Below are positions 38,689 through 47,445 of a stretch of DNA of 64,000 bases, piece by piece (position 1 is the first letter of the stretch; each line of letters starts with the position of its first letter). The notes under the pieces are model-generated. The model was given only the letters and a program-made list of their open reading frames with translations. It was not told the DNA's origin and did not search any database. This stretch comes from an uncultured Chloroflexia bacterium (GTDB lineage: Bacteria > Chloroflexota > Anaerolineae > Anaerolineales > Villigracilaceae): positions 664,977-728,976 of the forward strand of contig CAVYWB010000001.1 in assembly GCA_963772245.1 (NCBI GenBank). Direction: 5' to 3'. Position numbers and translations under genes: made by a program.

Positions 38689-39108
38689 TTATGGCTGGGG
38701 CGGCCCCCACTCGCTGAAGTTCCAACTGGAAAGAGCCTCGCGCAGGTCTGCCTTGCCGTGCAGGCCAAATTTGACCAGGATGTTGCTGATATGGGTTTTG
38801 ACGGTCTCCACAGAGATGTGCATCCTGCCGGCTATCTGCCGGTTGGTATATCGCAGGCAGGTGAGGGCGGTCACTTCCTGCTCGCGCGGTGACAGGTGAC
38901 CCCAGCATTCCATCAGCCAGTCGGTGGTCTGCAGGTGCGCCAGCCCCGCTGCCACCAGCTCGGCCTGGATCTCCTCCGCCGGGCGTTGTTCCTGGTCGGC
39001 CCGTTGCTCCAGCGCCTCGTGCAAGCTTTTTTCCAACGCAAAATAGCGCCAGCGCGGGCTGCGCTGGGTATGAAACCGGTCAAACAGGTGGTTCCAGAGT
39101 TCAATCAT
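38689..39108 (-). CDS. small LuxR-type HTH protein (C-terminal GerE/LuxR domain, helical N-terminal domain of unknown function)
   Basis: LSPREQEVTALTCLRYTNRQIAGRMHISVETVKTHISNILVKFGL. I trimmed the start to MIELWNH at 39108. The track ORF runs to 39252, and the start is uncertain because there is no clear SD. Confidence 0.75.
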   Translation of the reverse strand: MIELWNHLFDRFHTQRSPRWRYFALEKSLHEALEQRADQEQRPAEEIQAELVAAGLAHLQTTDWLMECWGHLSPREQEVTALTCLRYTNRQIAGRMHISVETVKTHISNILVKFGLHGKADLREALSSWNFSEWGPPQP

Positions 39109-39306
39109 AGGCAGGGTTGGACTTGGTCGGCCTTTCAGGACAAACAAGTACAGCGATATTTTAGAACATATGTTCGAATTGGTCAAGGGTTCCACATTAG
39201 TTGCCGGATGGAGACAACACAAAACCAGTAAAAAGTGCGATAATGAACCCATGCAATTGGAAAAGTAGATCCAGCTATTGCAACCTGCCCAGGTAAAGGT
39301 AAGACG

Positions 39307-40152
39307 GTGAACCTTTTAGCAAACCTCGAAAAACGCAGCCGATTCTTCTGGATAATTATCGGATGCATACTCCTCGCCAGCGTGGGCCTGCTCGATTACC
39401 TGACCGGTGATGATATAGCCTTTTCATTATTTTATTTAATCCCGATTGCCCTGCTTACCTGGTTGACAGGCCGGTGGCTTGGAATGGCGGCTGCCATTGC
39501 CAGCGCTTTGGTTTGGGTCGTTACAGATATAGCCGCGGGCGGGCCTTACCTACCCGCTTCGATTTATGTCTGGAATACATTCATTGTCCTTGGATTCTTT
39601 GTAATCGTCGTGTTATTGTTATCAGCTCTGAAAAATGCTTTGGAACATGAAAGGGAATTGGCCCATACCGACTATTTGACCGGCGCAATAAATCGACGTT
39701 TCTTTTTTGAATTACTGCAAATGGAAATTGAGCGTTCGCAGCGCTATGCGCATCCGTTCACGATTGCCTATATCGACATTGACAACTTCAAGGAAGTCAA
39801 CGACCGCTTCGGACACATCACCGGCGACCGGGTGCTGAGTCTGGTAGTTGAGCGGACCAGGTGGCATATCCGCAAGACAGATCTGGTGGCGCGCCTCGGC
39901 GGCGATGAGTTTAGCGTGCTTTTACCTGAAACCAACCAGGAAGCGGCCCAAATCATCCTTTCAAAAATTCAATCTGAAATTCTAGCTGGAATGCAATCCG
40001 CCAATTGGCCGGTGACTATCAGCATCGGTGCGCTGACATGCGTCAGCGCACCTCCCGGTACACAGGAAGTGATTGGCATGGTCGATGATTTGATGTATTC
40101 CGTCAAGCACACCGGTAAAGATTCCATCAAATTCTCCTCTTATACCGGTTGA
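39307..40152 (+). CDS. membrane-anchored diguanylate cyclase (GGDEF)
   Basis: Four N-terminal TM helices, then DYLTGAINRR..IDIDNFKEVNDRFGH..RLGGDEFSVLLPE. GTG start. Confidence 0.9.
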   Translation: MNLLANLEKRSRFFWIIIGCILLASVGLLDYLTGDDIAFSLFYLIPIALLTWLTGRWLGMAAAIASALVWVVTDIAAGGPYLPASIYVWNTFIVLGFFVIVVLLLSALKNALEHERELAHTDYLTGAINRRFFFELLQMEIERSQRYAHPFTIAYIDIDNFKEVNDRFGHITGDRVLSLVVERTRWHIRKTDLVARLGGDEFSVLLPETNQEAAQIILSKIQSEILAGMQSANWPVTISIGALTCVSAPPGTQEVIGMVDDLMYSVKHTGKDSIKFSSYTG

Positions 40153-40467
40153 CCACACTGCACTTTCGAAACAACCTCCCAGCTCCGGCAATTTCCAGAG
40201 GATACATTTTCGGAGGGATGAAGTGCAGTTGAATTCGAAGAAGCAAGCCTGGATTTTTCTTGGAAGCATGCTTGTGTTACTGGCATGGCAGGATTTCTTC
40301 GTTAACCAATAATTATATTGGACGGGCATGTTTTCGGAAGATATTTTTAACGTTTCCGGTGAAGGACCCCATCATAACCTTGGAGCCTCTCCCTTATCCT
40401 CATTACCCAATTCCATAAGACCTGTCATTCCTGTAAGATTTTCAAAACTACATCAGGGGTAAAATAC

Positions 40468-43400
40468 TTGTCACTGTCCTTCAGATGTAAAAAAAACAAT
40501 AAAATCCGTTCTTGCCTCAGGAGATCCACCTTGCCCACAAAAAAGAAACCTGTACCACCTTACGGAAACCCGCAAAAAAATAGGGCACCCAATAAGAAAA
40601 TCACCTCGCCTGCCGAGAAAGATTTGCACCTCGACGCCGGCAAATTCGAATTCATGTTCGACCATTCCATCATTGCAAAAGCACTCAGCCTGCCTTCCGG
40701 GGAATGGACCGTCAACCAGGCATTCTGCGCCTTGCTAGGTTATTCCTTGGGCGAACTCCAGAAGAAACATTGGCAGGGAATTACCCACCCGGATGACCTT
40801 GAACGAAGCCAAAGCCTCAATGAATCGCTGCTATCCGGTGAAATAGATTCGGCCCGGCTCGTTAAAAGGTATCTTCACAAAAGTGGTTCTGTAATCTGGG
40901 CAGATGAATACGCGTGCATGTGCCGGGACGAAAACGGCCAGCCGCTTTACATCATGAAAGAGATAATCGACATCACTGAACGCAAGCACGCCGAAGCCAC
41001 GCTGAATAATTACGAACAGAGAAACCGTGAATGGACAGAGTTCCTTCCCATTGTGACTTTTGATGTTGATACTGCCGGCAACCTTGTTTCCTTCAATCAA
41101 ACTGCCCTAAAAACATTTAGATATTTACAAGAAGATTTCAAGGAAGGAATGAACGCGCTAAAATTCTTTAACCCCGAAGAAGGGCAGAGAGTTGCAAACA
41201 ATTTACTAAAGGTAATTCAAGGCACTTCATTTCTTGGCCAGGAATATACCATGCTGCGCAAAGATGGCAGCACGTTTATCGGTTCGGTTTATGCCTGGCC
41301 AATCATGCAGGACAATCAACCTATTGGCATAAGATGTGCCATAATAGATGTTACCGGACGCAAGCAAACGGCACAGCAACAGGAGATTTTATTTCAAGTT
41401 CTACGGGCAGTGAGCACGCAACTTGACCCGGATTTGGTGGCGCAATCCGCAGCAGAAACAATTGTGGGAACTTCCGGTTACCCGCATGTTTGCATCGCAA
41501 TGCCGGATGAGAACAATGAACACTGGGTGGTGTGTGGCGCTGCCGGCAGACTGGCGGCAGAATTGGGCGCCACCTACCTGATTCACCAAGGTGTGATCGG
41601 AAGAATGTTTAATACCGGGCAAACCCAATTGGTTGACGACAACCTGGAAGATCCGAATTATGTGCGTGATGTAAAAACATCCAGTAAATCCGGGTTGCGG
41701 AGCGAAATTGTTGTCCCTCTGAAGCGAGGAGACAGTATTCTTGGTGCCCTTAATATTGAAAGTGATCGCCCGAATGCATTTGATGAGGCAGATGCAAGAA
41801 TGATCCAATCGGTGGCAGATATCGTTGCACTCGCATTGGAGAATGCACAATCCTTCCAGAAAATTCAACAAGATATGGGCGAGCGCAAGCAGGCCCAGGC
41901 GCTCCAGGAGGCGGTCTACCAGATCGCAGCGGCTGCCGAAACAGCCAATACCCTGGATGAACTGTATCCCAGGATCCACCAAAGCATCTCATCGGTGATG
42001 CCGGCTGAAAATTTCTATATCACACTATATGATGAAGCCCAAGACATGATGCGGTTTGCCTATTTCAAGAATGCCGAGGATGAACCTTTCATTGGAGGTA
42101 TCCAGCCGGGGAAGGGGTTAACTGCCTATGTACTTAGGACAGGGAAGTCCTTGTTATGCACCCAGGCGGTGCATGACGAACTGGAACGCCAGGGTGAAGT
42201 TAAACTGTTGGGAACGCCCTCTGCCATCTGGCTAGGGGTACCGTTGATAGTTGAAGGGAAAACCATCGGTGCAATGGTGGTGCAGCACTATACCGATCCA
42301 CAGGCGTACGGCGAACGCGAGCAGCACATGCTTGAATTCGTCTCGACCCAGGTAGCCATTGCGATCAACCGGAAGCAGTCCGAAGCAGCCCTGCGCGAAA
42401 GTGAAATACGGTATCGCGGCCTGTTCGAAAATTCGCCGGTTTCCTTATGGGAAGAAGATTTTTCCGCCGTGAAGCGCCATATAGAAGAACTGCGCAAGTC
42501 CGGTGTCACGGATTTCCGGGCATTCTTTATTGGCCACCCGGATACGGTGCTGGAATTGGTATGTAAAATCAAAGTACTTGACGTGAATGCTGCCACGGTT
42601 TCCTTAATGCGGGCTGGTCATAAGGACCAGCTGATCGGAAACCTTAAAGAAGCGATCCGTATAGCAGACAGGCTGGATTTTGTGGACGAATTAGTCAATA
42701 TTGCACAAGGGCTGACAAATTTTGCATGGGAAGGCGCCAACTATACTCTGGATGGTGAAAAGTTAACCGTCAGCCTGCATTGGTCTGCCGCCCCCGGTTA
42801 TGAAGCTACAATGGAAAAAGTCCTGGTTTCCATAATCGATATCACGGAGAGCAAGCAGGCGCAAGAGGAGCTCGAGCAGGCTGAGGCGAGATATCGCCTG
42901 CTTTTCGAAAATGCGATGGAAGGCATCTTCCAGACCACACCTGAGGGACTTTTCATGACTGCCAACCCGGCTCTGTTAAAAATGCTGGGATACGATTCAC
43001 TCGTAGAATTGAATACCAACGCAAAAGATGTTGAAAAAAAATTCTATGTGCAGCCCGGGCGGAGGAAGGAATTCCGGCATCGCTTGGAACAAGCTGGAGA
43101 GGTTACGGGCTTTGAGTCTGAAGTCCATCGCAAGGATGGCAGCACCCTGTGGATCTCGGAAAATGCCCGACTTGTCCGGGACAGCCTCGGTAAAATCGCC
43201 TACTATGAAGGAACCTTGACTGACGTCACTGCCCGCAAGCAGGCCGAAGACGCTCTGATCGAGCTTAACACCAGTTTGGAACGACGCGTCGATGAGCGCA
43301 CCCGCGAACTGCGGAATGCCCAGGAGCAGCTTGTTCGCCAGGAGAAATTGGCCACACTTGGACAGCTGGCAGGAGGGGTTGGGCACGAGCTTCGCAACCC

Positions 43401-44028
43401 GCTGGGGGTCATCAACAGCGCCGTATATTATCTGAAACTCGTCCAACCGGATGCGGATGAGAAGATCAAGAAATACCACCATATCATTGAGCAGGAGGTA
43501 AATACCGCCGGCAGGATCATCAACGACTTGCTGGATTACGGCCGCATCGTTTCTCCTGATCGCCAGTCGGTTTCCGTCCCCGAGTTGCTCCAGCGCGTGC
43601 TCACCCGTTTCCCTTTGCCAGCTTCTGTACAGGTGCAGTTCAAGATTCCAGGCAGCCTGCCAAAGGTCTTTGCCGACCCACTTCATGTTGAGCAGGTACT
43701 TGGCAACCTGACCACCAACGCCTGCCAGGCCATGAAGGAAGGCGGCACACTTAGCATCTCTGCACGGACTTCCCGACCACCGGCTTCATCCCATCTACCC
43801 TCCGGCCCTTACCTTAAGATTTCTGTCAAAGATACCGGCACAGGCATCAGCCCTGAAATTATGCAAAAACTCTTCGAACCGCTTTTCACCACCAAGGTGC
43901 GTGGCATCGGCCTTGGTCTGGCCGTCAGCAAAAAACTGGCTGAAGCCAACGGTGGCACAATCGCTGTCCAGAGCGAACCCGGAAAAGGCTCCACCTTCAC
44001 TCTCTTTCTGCCTGTCAAAGGTTCATGA
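40468..44028 (+). CDS. multi-domain sensor histidine kinase (PAS-PAS-GAF-GAF-PAS-PAS-HisKA-HATPase_c)
   Basis: H-box GGVGHELRNPLG, N-box NLTTNACQAM, G1 DTGTGI, G2 GIGLGLAV. Repeated PAS (..TERK..) and GAF segments. The true start may be the ATG at 40654, because the first 60 codons are Lys/Arg-rich and atypical. Confidence 0.92.
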   Translation: MSLSFRCKKNNKIRSCLRRSTLPTKKKPVPPYGNPQKNRAPNKKITSPAEKDLHLDAGKFEFMFDHSIIAKALSLPSGEWTVNQAFCALLGYSLGELQKKHWQGITHPDDLERSQSLNESLLSGEIDSARLVKRYLHKSGSVIWADEYACMCRDENGQPLYIMKEIIDITERKHAEATLNNYEQRNREWTEFLPIVTFDVDTAGNLVSFNQTALKTFRYLQEDFKEGMNALKFFNPEEGQRVANNLLKVIQGTSFLGQEYTMLRKDGSTFIGSVYAWPIMQDNQPIGIRCAIIDVTGRKQTAQQQEILFQVLRAVSTQLDPDLVAQSAAETIVGTSGYPHVCIAMPDENNEHWVVCGAAGRLAAELGATYLIHQGVIGRMFNTGQTQLVDDNLEDPNYVRDVKTSSKSGLRSEIVVPLKRGDSILGALNIESDRPNAFDEADARMIQSVADIVALALENAQSFQKIQQDMGERKQAQALQEAVYQIAAAAETANTLDELYPRIHQSISSVMPAENFYITLYDEAQDMMRFAYFKNAEDEPFIGGIQPGKGLTAYVLRTGKSLLCTQAVHDELERQGEVKLLGTPSAIWLGVPLIVEGKTIGAMVVQHYTDPQAYGEREQHMLEFVSTQVAIAINRKQSEAALRESEIRYRGLFENSPVSLWEEDFSAVKRHIEELRKSGVTDFRAFFIGHPDTVLELVCKIKVLDVNAATVSLMRAGHKDQLIGNLKEAIRIADRLDFVDELVNIAQGLTNFAWEGANYTLDGEKLTVSLHWSAAPGYEATMEKVLVSIIDITESKQAQEELEQAEARYRLLFENAMEGIFQTTPEGLFMTANPALLKMLGYDSLVELNTNAKDVEKKFYVQPGRRKEFRHRLEQAGEVTGFESEVHRKDGSTLWISENARLVRDSLGKIAYYEGTLTDVTARKQAEDALIELNTSLERRVDERTRELRNAQEQLVRQEKLATLGQLAGGVGHELRNPLGVINSAVYYLKLVQPDADEKIKKYHHIIEQEVNTAGRIINDLLDYGRIVSPDRQSVSVPELLQRVLTRFPLPASVQVQFKIPGSLPKVFADPLHVEQVLGNLTTNACQAMKEGGTLSISARTSRPPASSHLPSGPYLKISVKDTGTGISPEIMQKLFEPLFTTKVRGIGLGLAVSKKLAEANGGTIAVQSEPGKGSTFTLFLPVKGS

Positions 44029-44078
44029 CGAAACTGGTATTGACAATACCATTATCCAACCATATGAATGCCTGACGA

Positions 44079-44456
44079 ATGTTTTCCATCCTGATCGTTG
44101 ACGATAACCCCTCCATGGCTGACGCCCTAGTTGACATCCTGAGGCTGAAGGATTTTGAGACCTTCGTGGCATCTTCCGGAGCGGAAGCCCTACAAATCAT
44201 GCATGACCACCCCATCGATGTGCTGATTACGGATGTCATCATGACGGAAATGGATGGCGTGGAGCTCTACCGTCATACCCGCAATGACTACCCGCAGCTC
44301 ATTACAATCCTGATGACCGCCTACGCCGCAGATGAACTCATCCAGCAGGGCATGGCCGAAGGCATTAAAACCGTTCTTACCAAACCCATCGATATCGACT
44401 TCCTGGTTCTGTTGCTTTCCACATATAAAAAGCGTAAATTTGCCGAAAATTTGTAA
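44079..44456 (+). CDS. single-domain response regulator (CheY-like receiver)
   Basis: ILIVDDN, phospho-acceptor context VLITDVIMTEMDG, T in ILMTAY, K in LTKP. Confidence 0.9.
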   Translation: MFSILIVDDNPSMADALVDILRLKDFETFVASSGAEALQIMHDHPIDVLITDVIMTEMDGVELYRHTRNDYPQLITILMTAYAADELIQQGMAEGIKTVLTKPIDIDFLVLLLSTYKKRKFAENL

Positions 44457-44978
44457 TTTCGAATATCCAATAGGTATACACAATAACGACATATCCGGGC
44501 GAAAAACGAGTCAATGTTTGCTGCTGGAGTGATTCATTGGGGTCGCCGACGGCCCGTAAAAAAAACCAATAGCGAGAACTAATGCCGGCCTTAATTAAAT
44601 AAATACCCCTGACTGGCTGAGGGGGGCAGCCAATCAAGGGCAATTCAATTGTGGCATAACTTGATTGAAAAGTCAAGCCAATAAGCGCCCAAAATTTCGC
44701 CAATTCACCGAAAGAGCCATCCAAAACATGTATCTGTTAATTCCCTCACATATTCAAACCTTTTGCCGGCTCCCTTTAGGTGGTTCGATCAACACATAAA
44801 CCGAGCCGCTGTCATTTCTAGCGGTTTTCCCCAACACAGTTCGCCGTGTTATGCAGAAAAATGGATCGCTCCAAACCCATTCCACGCGGAATTTCAGTGT
44901 GAGATTCCCCCAACGGTAGGGGGACAAACTCTCCGACCCCCCAAAGCTGCCTCCCCCTAAGACGCTACCTTCCCAATC

Positions 44979-45011
44979 CCCCCGCTTTTACACCTGCGGG
45001 GGATTTTTATT
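44979..45011 (+). terminator. terminator-like hairpin in a non-coding stretch
   Basis: cccccgc-ttttacacct-gcggggg followed by atttttatt. No obvious upstream gene on this strand. Confidence 0.45.
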
Positions 45012-45061
45012 ATCCCCTGGATGCGCTACCCCGATGACAAGAAATATTTCAGGAGCCGCGT

Positions 45062-45385
45062 ATGCCAAGCCTATTTGACTTTCTCCATATCTTCCACAAG
45101 ACCTCTACCCAGCTGACCGAAACCAAACTTTCCAGTCTTGATAACGGTTCCGAGAACGATAATACATTCTATCCAGGCAACAACATGAGCGGGATGTATC
45201 GTGACCGGTACGATTATGATCGGCAGACTATTTTCAGCGAGTGCTTGCGCGCATGGAAGGTCAATCCCATAGCCAGGCGCATCGTGAAGCTCACCAGCAT
45301 GTTTATCGTAGGAGGCGGAATTGAGATCAAAAGTGATAATAAGCATACCGACAAGTATCTGCAGGAGTGGTGGCTCGATCAAGGT
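45062..45385 (+). pseudogene. 5' fragment of a phage-portal-like gene (family call tentative)
   Basis: AGGAG lies 7 nt upstream of the ATG. ..YDRQTIFSECLRAWKVNPIARRIVKLTSMFIVGGGIEI resembles the N-terminal R..L.RNNP.A..A....VVG.G segment of lambda-type portal proteins. Sensible sequence stops near 45360-45385. Confidence 0.35.
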
Positions 45386-45903
45386 ACGCGGGATCGAGGC
45401 GCGCCGCCGAGATCGCCCCATTCATTGTGGAGATACAGCTTGGTCTCCTGGAGATCCTGGCCAGGGCGGAGGATGCAGGCGGCCTGAAAGATGTACTGCC
45501 GAAGGCAGAGGCTTTTGTTCAAAAGCAGTTGAGCGCGCTCAGGACGATGTTTGTACCGGTGGAGAAGCTGCTGGTATCGCAAAAACTCAGCCGGGAGCTG
45601 GGCGAATATTCCAACCCTTCACCGGCTGCCCAGGCTGTCTGGCAGATGCAGGCAGCCGGCAAGATGGCCCGGCCCGGACAGCGCGTGCGTTTTCTTTATA
45701 CGCGCGGAAAGCCAGGGGTGCGCGCCTGGGACATGCCTGACCAACCGGATATCCGCTGCATCGATGTGGCCCGATACCGCGTCCTGCTGGAGCGGGCAGT
45801 CGAGACAGTACTGGCTCCCATCGAGCAACGCGTCCTTGGAGGCAAGGATAACGAACGCATATATCTATTCCCGGTCCCATCTGTCAAAGCGCTTGGCGTT
45901 TAG
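45372..45903 (+). pseudogene. 3' fragment (thumb region) of a family-B DNA polymerase, with an internal frameshift
   Basis: KVRGIEARRRD (one frame) then AEIAPFIVEIQLGLLEIL...KLLVSQKLSRELGEYSNPSPAAQAVWQM..GQRVRFLYTRG (next frame). This parallels archaeal/Pol II-type ..[27 protein letters not shown].. and the following thumb. No exonuclease or palm domains occur upstream. Confidence 0.6.
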
Positions 45904-46119
45904 TGGTACTGTGTAATGCAGGTGGGTGACTTAGCAGAATCCGCGATTCATTTTACCGCCATAAGAGAACTTTCGGGGCAAGGCTTTCGATCACGAATGG
46001 ACTATCGGGTACTCGTGTAGCTAAAAAAATGTAATAATCAAGTAGTGTCAAATGTCACTTGAACACACATTCACAAAGTTGTAAAAAGGAATTAATATGT
46101 TGCATTAGTATACAAATGC

Positions 46120-47295
46120 ATGAACAGGCAAATCGGTGTAGATCAAAGTCTGGCCCGCAAGTACAACAGTGCGACGATACTGGATTATCTTCGTTTGCAT
46201 GCCCCCATATCGCGGGCTGGATTAGCAAAATATACCGGTCTTACCAGAAGCACCGTTTCAAGGATCATTGATCAATTACAGGCTGAAAACCTGGTCCGCG
46301 AGGTCGGCTCGCAACAGGAAAAAGTAGGTCGGCCGGGAACCTTGATCGAGCTAAATCCTTCCGGAGGAGCAGCTGTGGGGGTTGAGATTGGGGTCGATTT
46401 TGTCTCCGTTATCCTGACAAATTTTGTTGCACAGATCTTATGGCGAGAACATATCAGCCTGCCGGACGAATCGGATGTTCGTACCTATCTTCGGGAGGCT
46501 GAAAAATTGATCTATGCCGCCCTACAGATTGCCAAGGAGGAGGGATTTCAGCCACTCGGGATCGGGGTGGGAGTATGGGGGCTGGTGGATATCCAAAAAG
46601 GAGAGGTTCGTTTTGCGCCAAACCTGAAATGGCGTGACATTCCGCTCAAGAAATTATGGGAAGGCCGTTTTGGGCTGACGATTTTTGTGGAAAACGACGC
46701 AAATGCTGCCGCCATGGGGGAATATTATCTGGGTGCCGTGAAAAATGTCGATGATTTCATTTATATAAATACGGGCATCGGCCTGGGTGGCGGGATAATA
46801 AGTGATGGCAAGTTGTTCCGGGGCTGGAATGGTTATGCCGGTGAAATCGGGCACATGACCATTGACCCGGATGGGGAAGCCTGTATGTGTGGAAAACGGG
46901 GTTGCTGGGAGACCCAGGTCGGGTCGCGTGTGGCTGTACAAAACTTCAAGACTCGGACCGGCCGGGAGGTTTCGTTTGAAGAGCTGGTTGAACTTGTCAG
47001 AGCCAATGATCCAACCAGTATTGAGATAATCACGAAAATGGGCGTGGCATTGGGGATTGGCATGGGCAACTTGGCTAATATCTTTTCCCCGCGCTGTATA
47101 GTGCTCGGAGGAGCGCTAATTCAGGTATCCGACAGGGTCCTACCGATAGCCAGGGATGCTTTTACGAAAAATAGCTTGTTCCAAAACCACCAGGAGATAA
47201 AGATTATCCCATCCGAACTTGGCTCAAATAGCTGTGTGCTGGGATGTGTAGCGCTGATCCTGGATGAAGTAATCCGCCAGCGCGCTCCATCTTGA
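46120..47295 (+). CDS. ROK-family transcriptional regulator (XylR-like by context)
   Basis: N-terminal winged HTH (ILDYLRLHAPISRAGLAKYTGLTRSTVSRIIDQL), a sugar-kinase-like fold and the ROK Zn motif GHMTIDPDGEACMCGKRGCWE. Confidence 0.88.
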   Translation: MNRQIGVDQSLARKYNSATILDYLRLHAPISRAGLAKYTGLTRSTVSRIIDQLQAENLVREVGSQQEKVGRPGTLIELNPSGGAAVGVEIGVDFVSVILTNFVAQILWREHISLPDESDVRTYLREAEKLIYAALQIAKEEGFQPLGIGVGVWGLVDIQKGEVRFAPNLKWRDIPLKKLWEGRFGLTIFVENDANAAAMGEYYLGAVKNVDDFIYINTGIGLGGGIISDGKLFRGWNGYAGEIGHMTIDPDGEACMCGKRGCWETQVGSRVAVQNFKTRTGREVSFEELVELVRANDPTSIEIITKMGVALGIGMGNLANIFSPRCIVLGGALIQVSDRVLPIARDAFTKNSLFQNHQEIKIIPSELGSNSCVLGCVALILDEVIRQRAPS

Positions 47296-47445
47296 GGCAA
47301 TTTGAGCGGATAGGTTAATATGGTTGTTTTCAAAAATCTTCCTGACTCTACGGCCCGGAAAGGAGGTTCAGAAGAAAATCAGCAAGATAACTGAAATTCC
47401 CTATCTCATCCTATTCGATCTATATAACCAAACAAAAGGAGTTGA

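Noticed and set aside
44780-44800. GGTTCGATC, a tRNA T-loop-like string in the non-coding stretch, as a possible tRNA or attachment site.
   Set aside because: The flanking bases do not form a T-stem or any cloverleaf arm.
44377-44960. Track ORFs 44377..44724 (-) and 44763..44960 (+) in the gap after the response regulator.
   Set aside because: They have no SD and odd composition, and they overlap hairpin-rich non-coding sequence. I treated the region as non-coding.
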